A stretch of DNA of 63,500 nucleotides, the filler included, from Octopus bimaculoides (taxonomy: Eukaryota), in NCBI RefSeq assembly GCF_001194135.2. It is 7 parts of 7 records of this genome, joined end to end, with 100 filler letters (N's around TTAATTAATTAA, not from the genome) between each part and the next. Parts side by side here need not be neighbours in the genome. Positions count along the whole stretch, not along the records: positions 61,818 to 63,500 come from NC_068983.1; 6 more parts are not named here. The stretch is one strand, 5' to 3'. The notes below the pieces were generated by a model. That model searched no databases, had not been told where the DNA came from, and worked only from the letters and a program-made list of their open reading frames with translations. Below are positions 62,066 through 63,500 of the stretch, piece after piece. The position numbers and the translations under genes are program-made. Numbering within the stretch: the first letter of the stretch is position 1; each line of letters begins with the position of its first letter.

Positions 62066-62463
62066 GCTTTTGCAGAATCGAACGGTAATATGCTAATGGC
62101 TGTTGTTATTGGAGAATAGATTCTTTCAGATGAATGTGTTCCATAACATAATTCATTAGTATCGTTGTGCATTTTCAGCTAAATCTACTCCCGACTAATG
62201 AATCTTAGGAAAGCTTGTGGCTCTTGTTCATCAATTAAGAAACTGCTGATGCTTTCTGATATCTGTCTACCGATAATAAACCGTTATATGCACAGTAAAT
62301 AGTGACAATCAGAACGATAAAAGAAATATTCATTGTTAATAGATGTCGATAGATATGATCGTGGATATGTTAATCGCTGTTGTATTTCGTGATTGAGAAC
62401 AACTTCAGTTTTCAGGCGAATGCATATGCTCATAACACACTCGATTGTTTGAGGCAAGAGGAC

Positions 62464-62510
62464 TTCGAAGTACCAGTGTTTCGACCATCTTTTGTTTCTC
62501 TTCAGTCAAA
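62464..62510 (-). ncRNA. Degenerate type I hammerhead motif
   Basis: UUUUGA-CUGAAGA-GAAACAAAAGAUGGUC-GAAA-CACUGG-UA-CUUCGAA; the core is intact while stems I and II are eroded. Confidence 0.45.
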
Positions 62511-62703
62511 ATCAAAACTAGCCCTGTTAAACAGAAAAGTTGTTCTCCAGTGACGAAATGCGAGAGCAATGACCATATTGTACGAAAAGAATCTACGAAA
62601 ACGTATTAAGAATGAATATGCATGTTATCATTTCGATCCTTATAGTTTATCGTCTACATGACGATTCATTAAATGAAATTGTGTATTCTCTGTCTGTCTC
62701 CCG

Positions 62704-62734
<31 letters not shown>

Positions 62735-62737
<3 letters not shown>

Positions 62738-63140
62738 CAGAATGGGACAAGAACGCAAATCATCCAGACAGTTTAGGTGATACAAAAAATGGACAAAACA
62801 TACAGATAGACGATACAAAGAAAACACGGACAGGTCATTCGGAGTTTTCTCTCTTCAGTCGAGATCCAGATTATCTTTGCAATTTCGTCTGGTTAATCTC
62901 GATATTGCTCCAATCTGGCCAGCCCCAAGGAAAAACTAAGCTAAGAGTATTAGATTCCTTGGAAGAAAGCAGCGAATGTATACAAAAAGGACGGAAAAGA
63001 AAAACGAGCAATGTTACAGAAATACAGTAAGAATAATAACAGGACATAATGGATGTCTTTCGACTAAGGACGAATAAAATTAAGCTGGCGTATAAGGAAA
63101 TGAGGCCTTACAGCAGAGATTCAAGATTTCACAGGCACTG
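62735..63140. mobile_element. Unclassified interspersed repeat following (TA)n, with a hammerhead-like core on the minus strand
   Basis: Minus strand 62830-62860 reads CUGAAGA-GAG-AAAA-CUC-CGAAUGACCUGUC. Repeat status is inferred from recognition and was not verified within this window. Confidence 0.4.
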
Positions 63141-63500
63141 TTTCTTTTTGGAACTCTGAATCTCGAGGCAGATAAAGCTATAATAGGGTGTAAATGTTGG
63201 GTGCGGATGATAACTGCTCCGCTATTAGTCTGTGATTGAGTTCTTCCAAATTCACCTCAGTTATGTACTCGCTTACATTGTCTTGTACCCATAAGGTTTT
63301 TTATACACAGATTAGTATATTATCTCCAACATCGTTACGTTGTAACTTAACCCTTTCCATTTTCTCATCATCTTTGTCAATATTACTCGGTATCAGTATC
63401 GATTGAAATGCTCACCACGAACGCTACTATCTTCCTCCTCCTCTTCCTCTTCCTCCTCCTCTTCCTCCTCCTCTTCCTCCTCTTCTTCCTCCTCCTCCTC

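Overview
AT-rich, microsatellite-saturated animal DNA with about 10 kb of assembly gaps. The SINE/LINE families look like those of an octopod cephalopod (Octopus-like; this is inference from recognised repeats). I find no intact host protein-coding gene. Most ORFs in the supplied track are microsatellite, N-gap or decayed-transposon read-throughs. The window holds several tRNA-derived SINE families and a ~12-kb retroelement nest (15.1-27.6 kb). The nest combines R4/Dong-type LINEs (RT plus restriction-like endonuclease), Tx1/L1-type LINEs and a Penelope GIY-YIG fragment, with ends landing in ATN trinucleotide tracts. RTE fragments, mariner remnants and fold-back MITEs are scattered elsewhere. 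The most striking signal is a dispersed set of type I hammerhead-ribozyme motifs. One on the minus strand (57804-57939) is structurally complete, with a palindromic stem III and an unusual ~105-nt rod-like stem II; at least five degenerate relatives are present. Other notable items: a perfect 22-bp hairpin (9161-9208), a cluster of six GGGAGGTAAC-like motifs in a CpG-richer unique stretch, a PHD-type finger inside an RTE ORF, an R4-RT/Penelope-endonuclease junction, and a SINE with a recurrent exact 5' breakpoint.
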